In this document: piece by piece, positions 9,806 to 19,260 of the stretch
How positions within the stretch are numbered: the first letter of the stretch is position 1
How the letters are laid out: each line of letters opens with the position of its first letter
Assembly: GCA_038046765.1 (NCBI GenBank)
Contig: JBBSVN010000004.1
Span: forward strand, 96,001 to 160,000
DNA length: 64,000 nt
Origin: Candidatus Micrarchaeota archaeon
GTDB taxonomy: Archaea > Micrarchaeota > Micrarchaeia > Anstonellales > Bilamarchaeaceae
Direction: 5' to 3'
Position numbers and translations under genes: made by a program
Notes under the pieces: model-generated
What the model was told of the DNA's origin: nothing
What the model saw: the letters and a program-made list of their open reading frames with translations, nothing else
The model's database searches: none

Positions 9806-10513
9806 ATGGACATAATTTATCAAGAGAAATTTTTTCGAAACCTCGGCTTAGATGCACTAAGTAAAAAAGAACATGAAAAAATTGCTAAAACAAATTTTTG
9901 CATAATTGGTGTTGGCGGTACTGGATGTGCGGCTATAGAAATGCTTGCACGGATGGGGGCGCAAAACTTTACGATCTTTGATTATGACAGGGTCGAACTA
10001 AGTAATTTTAACAGACAAATATTTACAACAGATAATACGATTGACAGGAAGAAAACTGATGTTGCAAAAGAACGAATCCATTTGATTAATTCGAATGCTA
10101 AAGTCAAAACTTATTTTGAAAAATTCGAGTCAAAGGACATTAAAAAAATAAAAAACTGCGATATAATTATTGACTGTAGCGATAGCGTAACAACGCATAT
10201 AGAAATCGATAATGCGAGTAAAAAATTAAAAATTCCTTTTGTGTGTTGTTCCGCAAATAATTCAATCGGTTTAGTTAGCATATTTAGCGACAAAACAAAA
10301 TTTGAGACAGTTTTCCAGATAAACAAGAAAAACATGAGAGCTTATTTGACTTGTAGAAGTATCTTGGCTCCTGTTGCAAATATCTCAGGAAACCTTGCAG
10401 CAATGCAAGCAGTTAACAAAGTAATAGGAAAACAATTTGTCAAAGCACCCGATGTTTTATTTTTTGACTTGTTTAGAAACAAGGAAATGTTTTATGTGAA
10501 AAGGCTGGAATAA
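9806..10513 (+). CDS. ThiF/MoeB (E1-like) adenylyltransferase
   Basis: IIGVGGTG, DYDRVELSNFNRQ and IIDCSD motifs. Confidence 0.9.
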   Translation: MDIIYQEKFFRNLGLDALSKKEHEKIAKTNFCIIGVGGTGCAAIEMLARMGAQNFTIFDYDRVELSNFNRQIFTTDNTIDRKKTDVAKERIHLINSNAKVKTYFEKFESKDIKKIKNCDIIIDCSDSVTTHIEIDNASKKLKIPFVCCSANNSIGLVSIFSDKTKFETVFQINKKNMRAYLTCRSILAPVANISGNLAAMQAVNKVIGKQFVKAPDVLFFDLFRNKEMFYVKRLE

Positions 10514-10538
10514 AAACGTACAGAATGAAGAAGATTTT

Positions 10539-11318
10539 TCAATCGGATTTCTTTGTCAAAATTGAAACCTGTTCTTCAGAAAGTGAATAATTTGCATGGG
10601 GATTTGGATAATAAAAAAGGTTATATGTAACAAAAAATTTGACTGATTTTTTAAGCAAAATTCCTGATACCCATGGTATTTTGATTGGTCCGGGAGAACA
10701 TTTTAATTCGTCTCCTGATAATGCATATCTTACGCTTACTTCGTCTATTCCTGCATAATCACAATCTATAGCCAAAATAACGGGTAATTTGAATCCTTCA
10801 GAAATTCCATTTTTACTTAATTTTTCTGCGATATCCCCCCTTAGATTTTGTGTGATCTCTGCACTACCTATATAATTTGATTCTTTGTTTTTCAATCTCC
10901 TTACCCACGCCTCTAAAATAATTTTCTTATCGTTCAAAATAAGCATAAAATCGGCATTAGAGTTACCTGATGTTTTAGGTTCTACTTCAAAACCAATTCC
11001 ATTTTTAATCAAGAACAAAGCAATTTCTAACTCCCATTTTGTTGAGATCGGAGTTGAAATTATCTTGTCTCTTAATTTTTTCTTATTATTTTACCTGGAA
11101 ATTACAACCCCCAAAATTCCCTCGAATTCATTCAAAAAGTTTTTCCAATATGAATCTTGTTCATATGCGGTAATAATATGTTTAAGGTCAAATTCTCCTT
11201 GATTGGAAGTTTTGCAATTTAAAATATCTTTAGGATTTAAATTAACTGATGCTAGATTAGGATAATTAGATAAAAAAGTCTGGATAGTATTTTCACTTGG
11301 AATTTTTTCAGAATCCAT
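10539..11318 (-). pseudogene. Putative PD-(D/E)xK-like protein broken by one in-frame TAA at 11091-11093
   Basis: ORFs 11091-11318 and 10539-11018 share one frame and the intervening codons are open. Confidence 0.65.
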
Positions 11319-11321
11319 ATT

Positions 11322-12671
11322 CTAACCCCTCCCTTCAACTTCCCAATGTCCGGCAGTTGTTTTCCCTACCCTTCTTAATAACCCCTTACTTTTGAGTTTC
11401 TCTATGTATTCCTTGACCGTATCTAGACTTATATCTAGTTTTTGGGCAATTTGGTTTCTTGATATCTTTGGATTTGATTTTATTAGAGAAATCATCTTTC
11501 CTTCAAGCTCTGGAAGGGTAACTAGGGGGGTAACTAGGGGGGTAACTAGGGGGGTAGAAGGCCTTTTGAAAACTACAGTAAAGAAATTATTAAAGTCAAA
11601 TTTAGGCTCCGGCAATCCTGCATTTTTCATGCTCTTTTTCATCCTTACTATTCCGGATCCTACTTTTTCAACCAGATTAGCGGTTTTAAATAAGCTAAAC
11701 AAAAGTGGATTTCTAGAAATACTTTTAGTACCAAATTCCTCTTTTTTAATAGCCAAAACTAATCCGCCTGGATTAACGATTTCAACGCGATCATCGTAAA
11801 TGTCAATTTGAATGTTTGCTCCTTTTTCATTATAATCTCGATGAACTATCGCATTTACAACTGCTTCCCGCAATGCTTCTTCTGGAATCTCTAAAATTTC
11901 CATTCTTGGCCCGGCAGTTTCTATTTTATATTCTAATCTTAAGTTTCTAATTAGGAAAGTTAATGAGTTATTATAATTGGAAAGAGCGTCTTGCGTAAAA
12001 TCTTTTCTATCTATAATCTTGAATTTATCTGTTCCTTTGTACAAAACACAGGTAATAATTGCATGTCTAAAAAAATTCTCAATGTTATCACAAAAAAATA
12101 GAACACCCGCATTTCTAAATTTTCCAGATTCTGATAAAACCCCAAGATTCTTTAAAATATCCTTATCTGAAATAACTCGGCTTATTTTTGCTTTTTGTAA
12201 GAATGAGTCGAATTTATCTGAACTAAAACCATTTTTAAAATCAAAACCAGAATTTATGGTTTCATCAAATAATATTTGTCCTTCTTTATTAAAAAAATTA
12301 CGAATCTCATCTGTTGTTAATTTTTGAGAATTGCTTCCTTGTCGGATAAAGAAACCACTTGAGCAGCGATAAGGTTTATTTAATCCCGAATTAACCCTAA
12401 CAATCAAAACATTTTCCAAGGTTTCTATTTCAATAGTTATAGGTGGATCAGAATTCCTTGCAATGTCCTGAATTTCTGATTTTAGTTTATTTGTGATTTG
12501 AACGCCTACAACTTGCCAGTTATCATTAACTCCAATAAATATCAAGCCGCCTTCGGCATTGGCAAATGCAACTAGTTCTTTAGACAAGTTTTTTGAATCA
12601 AAATTTTCTTTAAATTCTAATTTTAGGCCTTCTCCTTGAGAAAGTAAAAAGTTAAATTCCTTTTTGTCCAT
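11322..12671 (-). CDS. Schlafen AlbA_2 + HATPase_c_4 + wHTH protein
   Basis: EGLKLEFKE, AFANAEGG, REAVVNAIVHRDY, NPGG and EKVGSGI motifs; C-terminal HTH. Confidence 0.9.
   Translation of the reverse strand: MDKKEFNFLLSQGEGLKLEFKENFDSKNLSKELVAFANAEGGLIFIGVNDNWQVVGVQITNKLKSEIQDIARNSDPPITIEIETLENVLIVRVNSGLNKPYRCSSGFFIRQGSNSQKLTTDEIRNFFNKEGQILFDETINSGFDFKNGFSSDKFDSFLQKAKISRVISDKDILKNLGVLSESGKFRNAGVLFFCDNIENFFRHAIITCVLYKGTDKFKIIDRKDFTQDALSNYNNSLTFLIRNLRLEYKIETAGPRMEILEIPEEALREAVVNAIVHRDYNEKGANIQIDIYDDRVEIVNPGGLVLAIKKEEFGTKSISRNPLLFSLFKTANLVEKVGSGIVRMKKSMKNAGLPEPKFDFNNFFTVVFKRPSTPLVTPLVTPLVTLPELEGKMISLIKSNPKISRNQIAQKLDISLDTVKEYIEKLKSKGLLRRVGKTTAGHWEVEGRG
11518..11553 (+). repeat. In-gene 12-bp tandem repeat (GTAACTAGGGGG)x3
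   Basis: Encodes TPLV repeats on the minus strand. Confidence 0.9.
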
Positions 12672-12871
12672 TAATTCGCCTCACAATAACGCCAATTTCC
12701 ATGCGAGTGTAATATAAAATTTATCATCTTATAGATTAATTGTCTTTTAGTTCTTTTAAATGTTGGTAAATAAAAGCACGGATCTCTTTAGGAACTTATG
12801 CGATTATAGCACATCAATTTAGGATACACTGCCTCCCAAATTCTTTTTTAAGTTTATTTACGCAAATAACT

Positions 12872-13135
12872 ATGAAAGGTACTTATATGCATTACATAAT
12901 CGAACCATGCGCAACTGCAAAAGCTTTTGAAATAAAGTTTGGCAAAACGCTGGATTTGGAAAAACTTGCAGGAAAATTTAAAGAAAACGAAGTATTTTCG
13001 TTAACAAAAGTAGTCTTACTAGTTAAAATTAACCAAGCACCAGTAAGCATTTACGCTAGCGGAAGAGCGATGGTAAAGGAAGCGACTAAAGAAGAAACGC
13101 AAAAGATTGCGGAGAAACTTGGGAAAATGGTATAA
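12872..13135 (+). CDS. Small hypothetical protein
   Basis: 87-aa ORF with VSIYASGRAMV beta-rich motif. Confidence 0.6.
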   Translation: MKGTYMHYIIEPCATAKAFEIKFGKTLDLEKLAGKFKENEVFSLTKVVLLVKINQAPVSIYASGRAMVKEATKEETQKIAEKLGKMV

Positions 13136-13154
13136 ATAAAAAACATAAGATTTA

Positions 13155-13168
13155 TAAGATATATCTTA
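13155..13168. promoter_or_regulatory. Putative operator of the AbrB-PIN pair
   Basis: Perfect palindrome TAAGATATATCTTA plus extra ATAAGAT copies just upstream of the antitoxin. Confidence 0.5.
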
Positions 13169-13191
13169 CTAATAAGATTAGGTGAAAACTA

Positions 13192-13440
13192 ATGACAGAG
13201 ATATTAGAAATGGGAAAAATAAGTTCAAGAGGACAAATAGCCATCCCTGCAGATATACGCAATCAAATGCACCTTGAAGAAGGCTCAAAAGTTATTTTCT
13301 TTTTGGAAGATGATACCTTACTTATAAAAAAAGTAAACACGCAAACTTGGGAAGATGTTACCCGTCCCTTACGATTAGCTAAAAAGAAAATAAATGAAAA
13401 TGATGTAGACGAACTTGTACACAGGTTACGAAAAAAATGA
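13192..13440 (+). CDS. AbrB/MazE-type antitoxin
   Basis: KISSRGQIAIPADIR motif. Confidence 0.9.
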   Translation: MTEILEMGKISSRGQIAIPADIRNQMHLEEGSKVIFFLEDDTLLIKKVNTQTWEDVTRPLRLAKKKINENDVDELVHRLRKK

Positions 13441-13859
13441 AAGTCGTTTTGGACACAAATGTTCTACTATCCGGAACATTTTGGACGGGTGATTCTTTTA
13501 GAGTCTTGCAATTAATTGAAAAAGGAAGCTTGAAATGCTTTATATCCGAAGCGATTCTATCCGAGTACCATAAAGTAGTCCACAGCCAAGAGATTGTTGA
13601 TAAGATTAATGAAAAGAATTTAGACATAAAGTCCACAGCATTAAAAGCAATGGAGTTTTTCATAATTATTGATCCGAAAAGAAAAATTGATTTCGTAAAA
13701 GATGACCCCGACGATAATAAAATAATAGAATGTGCAATAGAGGCACAAGCAGATTACATAATAACACAAGATCAAAGGCATCTTCTGAAACTAAAAGAAT
13801 TTGAAGGAATTAAAATTATTTCACCAACCGAATTTTTGAAAATATTTGGACAAAGGTAG
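13437..13859 (+). CDS. PIN-domain toxin
   Basis: VVLDTNV, DDPDDNKIIECA and IITQD motifs. Confidence 0.9.
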   Translation: MKVVLDTNVLLSGTFWTGDSFRVLQLIEKGSLKCFISEAILSEYHKVVHSQEIVDKINEKNLDIKSTALKAMEFFIIIDPKRKIDFVKDDPDDNKIIECAIEAQADYIITQDQRHLLKLKEFEGIKIISPTEFLKIFGQR

Positions 13860-13864
13860 ATGTT

Positions 13865-14530
13865 ATGAAGATCGATTTTCACGTACACACAAATAAATCA
13901 ATGGACTCTATTATTAAGCCGCGGGAGCTATCAACTAAAGCCAAAAAACTTGGAATTGTTCCATGTAGTACCGACCATAATGTTATGAGTGCACATGCCG
14001 AACTTAAAGAATTAGGTTTAGAATTTATCCCTGGTGAAGAGATAAGAACGGTTGAAGGAGACTTAATCGGGCTTTATTTAAACGAAGCAATACCAAAGAA
14101 AACACCTTTTTTAGAAGCGATCGATCAAATACGCGAACAAGGAGCGATTGCATATTTACCCCACCCTTTCGATTACTCAAGACACGCAGTACAGGAAAAA
14201 GAACTAGCTAGTAAAGTTGATGCAATAGAAATATTTAATGCAAGATGCCCATTTCAAATTTACAACCAAAAGGCAGATGAATTAGCAAACGAATTAGGAA
14301 AACTAAAATCAATTGGAAGCGACTCGCATTTCTTATTTGAGTTTGGACACAATTATATAGAAATTGATGGGGAATTTTCTGATTATTATGATAACCCAAA
14401 AGAGTTACTTAAGGCATTAAGAAGTAAGAACTTAAAGTTTGTAACAAAAAAAGCTCCGTTTTATGTACGGGGAACTACATTAGCAGTTAAGCATGTAAGA
14501 ACTATTTTTAGGAAGTTGAACTTGCATTAG
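13865..14530 (+). CDS. PHP-domain phosphoesterase
   Basis: DFHVHT, TDHN, GEE, PHPF and GSDSH motifs. Confidence 0.9.
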   Translation: MKIDFHVHTNKSMDSIIKPRELSTKAKKLGIVPCSTDHNVMSAHAELKELGLEFIPGEEIRTVEGDLIGLYLNEAIPKKTPFLEAIDQIREQGAIAYLPHPFDYSRHAVQEKELASKVDAIEIFNARCPFQIYNQKADELANELGKLKSIGSDSHFLFEFGHNYIEIDGEFSDYYDNPKELLKALRSKNLKFVTKKAPFYVRGTTLAVKHVRTIFRKLNLH

Positions 14531-14624
14531 AATAAAATAGAAAGAAGGATTAAGATCGAAAGTAATTCGCAGGTTTTATGAACCGCAAGGCCACGAAGAA
14601 ACATCTGGTCGTAAAGAAGTGTCT

Positions 14625-14752
14625 TGTAGAGAAGAAGCATCTTCTCTAACATGCTCGTGAACGCTGCTGCTGTTCACTACATCACGATCATGCTCAAGAA
14701 AGACATTTCCCTTCGACATCCATTAAAAGCTAGTGAACGATACAGTTCACTA
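14625..14752. repeat. Hairpin-array element, copy 1
   Basis: Three stem-loops; homologous to 61584-61666. Confidence 0.7.
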
Positions 14753-14768
14753 AATGGCATTTTTCAAA

Positions 14769-16028
14769 TTATATAGTTGGGCGACTATCTTCTTTTTTTG
14801 CAGTTTTGGTAGCTGGCTTTAGCAATGTTTCGAGAGTTTGTCGATCAGAAACATATTTAACTCCAACTTTAAAACCAGGTAAGTCAATAAAGTTGTTTTC
14901 AATTTCATCCGCATTTTCTGAACTCAGAATTGCAATTTTGTACTTTGCCCCCATACCATCAAACCATTTACTTACTTCTTGCCCTTGTGCAGCATCCGTT
15001 ACATAAGCAATTACCAATTGGCTTTCTTTTTCTTGTTTTTCAGGGACAGCCTTGGGCTTTTGTGCTTGTAAATACGCAGTTAATTTTTTAGGATTAAAAA
15101 CATATTCTCCGTTTTTATCTTTAAGAAGCATAGAATACAATTGAACTGCACGATCATAGATAGCATCTTGCATATTTGAAGGTTTTTCCTCCAATTCATT
15201 ATTTGCAATTGAAGAAGCAATCAGATATTGTCCAGCCAGACCTACTTCTTTAATTAATAATCTTTGAGTGCCTTCATCAAATGCAGCTGCACTTTTAACG
15301 GGTTTTGATACGACAGTAGGTTTTGGTTCTTCTACTTTTTTTGCAGTAACTCCCTTAAATTCGGGAATAACCGGATTAGATTCAGGAATTGTTTTATCAG
15401 CTTTTGCTACAGCAATAGTTTCTGAACCGATTACAGAACGATATGCAGCAATAGCATCTGAATTAAGGAATAGTTCGCCTTGTTTATTTTTCTTTAGAAG
15501 ATTGGCAATTTGTTCTGCTTGTTCATAAGTTTTATCATTTACACCTTTGAGTTGAGTAACATCTTCTCCTGATTTAGTTTCCATGAATAACCTTACTTGC
15601 TCTAGACCAGCTTCGCCAAGGTTTTTAGTAATCCATTGTTCAGATGCAGGACTAAATTCAGCTGCAACTTTTGTTTGTTCAACGCGGGATATTTTAAATG
15701 CCTTTACTCCTTCGCCTTTTGGAACGAAGTATTGCCCTCGATCATTAAGTTCAAGTGCAGAAATCATTTTTTCAGATTGCCCAGTTAATAACGCAATTAC
15801 CTGATTATAAGTTTTTTCACTTATATCGGAGGGTTTTTTTCCAAGTGCTTTTTTTGCTTCTTGTTCTGTTCCTACCTGACTAAATATATCTTTACCCATC
15901 TTCGCAAGAGAACGTTCTAGATAATTAAATCCATCTTCTCCCAAAGTTTTAGTTAGCCATTCTTTACTTTTTGAAGTAAATAAAACTTCTTCTTTTTCTA
16001 TTGCTTGTTTTACTGCCATGAACATCAC
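14769..16028 (-). CDS. Hypothetical protein with three internal ~70-aa repeats
   Basis: F..S..W(L/I)...LG..G repeats; paralog of 16029-17387. Confidence 0.75.
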   Translation of the reverse strand: MMFMAVKQAIEKEEVLFTSKSKEWLTKTLGEDGFNYLERSLAKMGKDIFSQVGTEQEAKKALGKKPSDISEKTYNQVIALLTGQSEKMISALELNDRGQYFVPKGEGVKAFKISRVEQTKVAAEFSPASEQWITKNLGEAGLEQVRLFMETKSGEDVTQLKGVNDKTYEQAEQIANLLKKNKQGELFLNSDAIAAYRSVIGSETIAVAKADKTIPESNPVIPEFKGVTAKKVEEPKPTVVSKPVKSAAAFDEGTQRLLIKEVGLAGQYLIASSIANNELEEKPSNMQDAIYDRAVQLYSMLLKDKNGEYVFNPKKLTAYLQAQKPKAVPEKQEKESQLVIAYVTDAAQGQEVSKWFDGMGAKYKIAILSSENADEIENNFIDLPGFKVGVKYVSDRQTLETLLKPATKTAKKEDSRPTI

Positions 16029-17387
16029 CTACATAGATGGTTCTCCAGATTTTTTACCTTTAAGGATTTCTTTCATTCGTTCATTTTCTTTTGCCAGCTC
16101 TTCTGCACTAACTCGACCAGAAGGAGTAACAACAGGATTTTCTGGTTTAGCGCCTTTTGAAACTAAGTATTCAACAATATCATACTTTCTGTTTTTTACT
16201 GCTTCGATTAAAGCAGTAGATGGTCCTTTTAAGCCATTATGAACTCCATTATGAACTTGATCCACAAGAGTTGAATCTACTTCAAGAACTTCTTTTACAA
16301 CAGCTAAATTACCAGCACCTGCGCTAAGAACTAATTTTGCAACTTGTTGATTCCTTGCTTTGATATCTGGTGATGGAGAATATAGTTCTGTTTCTTTTGG
16401 CTTCTCTTCTGCTAATTCTTTTGGCTTTGGTGCAGCAATTTCTCTTTCGCTTCTTTTAAAATCAGGCGCGCTACCTGATGAAACTTCTTCTACAGGTTTA
16501 GGTTTTTCTTCTTTAACTTCTTTTACAACTACTTTTTCTTTCGCTATTGAACGAACTGCAAATTCATCTTCCTCTTTTTTATCTGCCCGCTTACCAGATT
16601 TCCAATCAGGTTCAGTCCAATCTGGTTTTGCAGAAGCAAATTCTTCATCTTTTATTTCCTGCCATTGTGAATCTTGTGTTTTTTTTGCAGTAACTCCCTT
16701 AAATTCAGGAACATCCCAATCGTTATTAGAAGCTTTTGCATCAGCGGCTTTTTCCTCAGTTTTTTCTTTTTTATTTGCACTATATCCAAACTCATCTCTG
16801 TAAGCCATAATTATCGATTTATCAACAAAGAAACTTCCATCTTTTGCTTGTTTCATAGTTTCAGCTAAAAAATCTGCTTTTTCGGCTAGATCTTCATCTA
16901 AATCAGATAAATCAACATCTTCTTCTTCTGGTGTTTCTAAGAGTTTTCTTATTGCATTTACAGCATCTTCTCCAAGTTCATTTTGTAGCCATTCGCTAGT
17001 TCTTGCAGTAAATTCAGTATGTTGTTGCTGTTCTTTTCTTATTGGCCAATAAAGCGCAATATCCTGCTTTGTGATATAATATTGTCCTTTGGAATTTTTT
17101 CCAACGTAGTGTTCATATTCGCCATTTACTTCATGACCCGTTAGAAGAATCTTTATAGTGTTCCATTGTCTCTCAGAAATATCCTTTGGTTTTTTTCCCA
17201 TAACTTCTGCAACGTTTTCGCTTGTTATATCTGCGTCTTCAAATTTCCCTTGATTTCGCTTTACAAGTAAACTTGAAAATACTTCTAATGCACGTTCTCC
17301 CCCGAGCTTATCTAGTAGCCATTTTTTTGAGTTTTCAACAAATTTTACTTCTTCTTTTTCGACTGATTTTATCGCCATTAGGATCAC
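16029..17387 (-). CDS. Hypothetical repeat protein with C-terminal ankyrin repeat(s)
   Basis: GPSTALIEAVKNRKYDIVEYLVSKGA ankyrin pattern; two N-terminal repeats shared with its neighbour. Confidence 0.75.
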   Translation of the reverse strand: MILMAIKSVEKEEVKFVENSKKWLLDKLGGERALEVFSSLLVKRNQGKFEDADITSENVAEVMGKKPKDISERQWNTIKILLTGHEVNGEYEHYVGKNSKGQYYITKQDIALYWPIRKEQQQHTEFTARTSEWLQNELGEDAVNAIRKLLETPEEEDVDLSDLDEDLAEKADFLAETMKQAKDGSFFVDKSIIMAYRDEFGYSANKKEKTEEKAADAKASNNDWDVPEFKGVTAKKTQDSQWQEIKDEEFASAKPDWTEPDWKSGKRADKKEEDEFAVRSIAKEKVVVKEVKEEKPKPVEEVSSGSAPDFKRSEREIAAPKPKELAEEKPKETELYSPSPDIKARNQQVAKLVLSAGAGNLAVVKEVLEVDSTLVDQVHNGVHNGLKGPSTALIEAVKNRKYDIVEYLVSKGAKPENPVVTPSGRVSAEELAKENERMKEILKGKKSGEPSM

Positions 17388-17513
17388 CAGATTTCTTTTA
17401 TTTAAATGAACATGAGATTAATTTGCAAAGACAATTAAACGACCTTAAAAATTAATAAAAAATAAAAAAACAAATGGAAAAATAATAAATAAAAATAAAA
17501 GAAAAAAGAAAGA

Positions 17514-18092
17514 TTAGTTACCTTGTGTTCTTTCAAGTACAGTACCAGTAACTGTTGCACTAGCTTGTCTTACGACATTTCCACCAGTAACTTGTACTTC
17601 TGGATCAAAGTTGTACCAGATAACAAATATACCTTTGAAATCGCTGTTCTTAGATAATCTAAGTGGGTTACCTGTCGCATCCTTACATGCTACGTTAATA
17701 TCATAACTTCCGCCCGCAACAATAGTTGGATTATTTGAGACAGTATCCGCATTTGCAAGACTCGCCTGATCAATATTACCCTTAAGACAAACTGCTTTGC
17801 TTACTTTTATGTTCTGGCCTTGCTGATTGAAAACTCGTACTGCCATAGAAACATCATTAGTTGCTACAGTTGAAATGTATATACTTGGTTTTGGATCAGA
17901 ACAGCTAAATCCAGGTTGTGAGAACAAACATCCTTCAGGAGTTTTAATAAGCTGGGGTAAGTAGAACGCTAAAATAGTTATTACGATTACGATAACTAGA
18001 ATTGCCCATCCATAGGTCATCAAATATTCCATGGCGGCCTGCCCACGCTTAGTGCGCCCGAAATCTTTATTTTTTATTAATTTTTCAAACAT
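17514..18092 (-). CDS. Type IV pilin (class III signal peptide)
   Basis: KRG/QAAMEYLMTYGWAIL prepilin motif. Confidence 0.85.
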   Translation of the reverse strand: MFEKLIKNKDFGRTKRGQAAMEYLMTYGWAILVIVIVITILAFYLPQLIKTPEGCLFSQPGFSCSDPKPSIYISTVATNDVSMAVRVFNQQGQNIKVSKAVCLKGNIDQASLANADTVSNNPTIVAGGSYDINVACKDATGNPLRLSKNSDFKGIFVIWYNFDPEVQVTGGNVVRQASATVTGTVLERTQGN

Positions 18093-18116
18093 GATACTTT
18101 CACCTCATTTATTTAT

Positions 18117-18196
18117 CAGCAATGAGCAGTGAGCTTTTGAGCTATGAGCTACGAAACGAACTTTGCTCAGGGCACAATGCTCAATGCACATGGCCA
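18117..18196. repeat. Heptamer-palindrome element, copy 3
   Basis: TGAGC heptamers - CGAAACGAACT core - GCTCA/GCACA heptamers. Confidence 0.85.
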
Positions 18197-18198
18197 AA

Positions 18199-19260
18199 CT
18201 ATAATATACTAGCAAAAAAGCTAGATAAAACTATTCCGACAATTGCATAAACAAGAAATGAACCGATTAATATGAATGGGAAATATTTTACCCCCTCATT
18301 TCGTGAACCGGATCGAATAGTACTAATAATAAGTGAAGAAAACAAGGAAGTTATGAATATTGTCGCTAGTGAAAAATAATAAAAGTCATTTGCAGTAATA
18401 ACATTTGTTGGTATTGCAACACTGCCAAATGGCCCAAAGCTGGAACTTGTTGTTGGCAAAGCATTTCTTTGAAGTTCAAACACGCTAATTAGACGCGAGG
18501 AAACTGCGAATAAGAAAGGAGTCCCAAGTACGCTTGCAAAAAGCACAAATATTTCATATAATATAAGTGATGCACCTACTTCTTTTTTGACAATCGATGT
18601 ATTCCTTAAGTCTTGTGAAGTTTCTTCAAGTACTTTTGAAATCTCACCACCAGTTGCAAATGCCTGCTTTAGGAGAATAATCGTTCGAGTAAATACTTTT
18701 GAATCAAACCTAGCAGCGAGTTTATCTAGGGCAGATTCTAATGGTTCACCACTAAATGCACTTTTAATACCATTTTTTACTTCAATAGCAAGCAAACCAA
18801 ATTCAGGTTTAGCCGAATACCACATTGCCTGATCAATACTCATACCAGCTTTTATATTTGCACTAACTAACATAAGAAAATCAGGTAGTGCGTTTTCAAG
18901 GGCATTTCTGCGGATATCTGATTGTAAATTAAGGATACCACTTACGATTAAAAATACACCAAAGTAACAAATAAGAAAAGAGAGTATTGGAAATATTACG
19001 CCCATCACAAACCTAGAGATAGGAATTATTTTGTAAATAAAAAGATAAAATCCATTATAAATTGATGGAAATGCAAAGTAAGTTAAGCTTAGCAAAATTG
19101 TAAGACCAAGTATCGCAAACGCAAGATAACCTAAAAATGCCCCTGCAGGGATTAGATAACCTGAAGATGCAAGCACCCGTGAGAACTCTTTTACCTGTTT
19201 TTTAGGAAAAAGAAACCGTCCAAGATATTCAAAATTATTTGTAATTGCCATAAAAATCAC
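18199..19260 (-). CDS. T2SS-F / TadC-like pilus membrane platform protein
   Basis: LPDFL..VSANIKAGMSIDQA and GGEI..VL motifs; multiple TMs. Confidence 0.85.
   Translation of the reverse strand: MIFMAITNNFEYLGRFLFPKKQVKEFSRVLASSGYLIPAGAFLGYLAFAILGLTILLSLTYFAFPSIYNGFYLFIYKIIPISRFVMGVIFPILSFLICYFGVFLIVSGILNLQSDIRRNALENALPDFLMLVSANIKAGMSIDQAMWYSAKPEFGLLAIEVKNGIKSAFSGEPLESALDKLAARFDSKVFTRTIILLKQAFATGGEISKVLEETSQDLRNTSIVKKEVGASLILYEIFVLFASVLGTPFLFAVSSRLISVFELQRNALPTTSSSFGPFGSVAIPTNVITANDFYYFSLATIFITSLFSSLIISTIRSGSRNEGVKYFPFILIGSFLVYAIVGIVLSSFFASIL

Noticed and set aside
11050..11112. Possible BHB intron removing the TAA at 11091
   Set aside because: A flanking stem exists (GGGGTTG/CAACTCC), but no 4-bp central helix with 3-nt bulges could be built; a nonsense mutation is simpler
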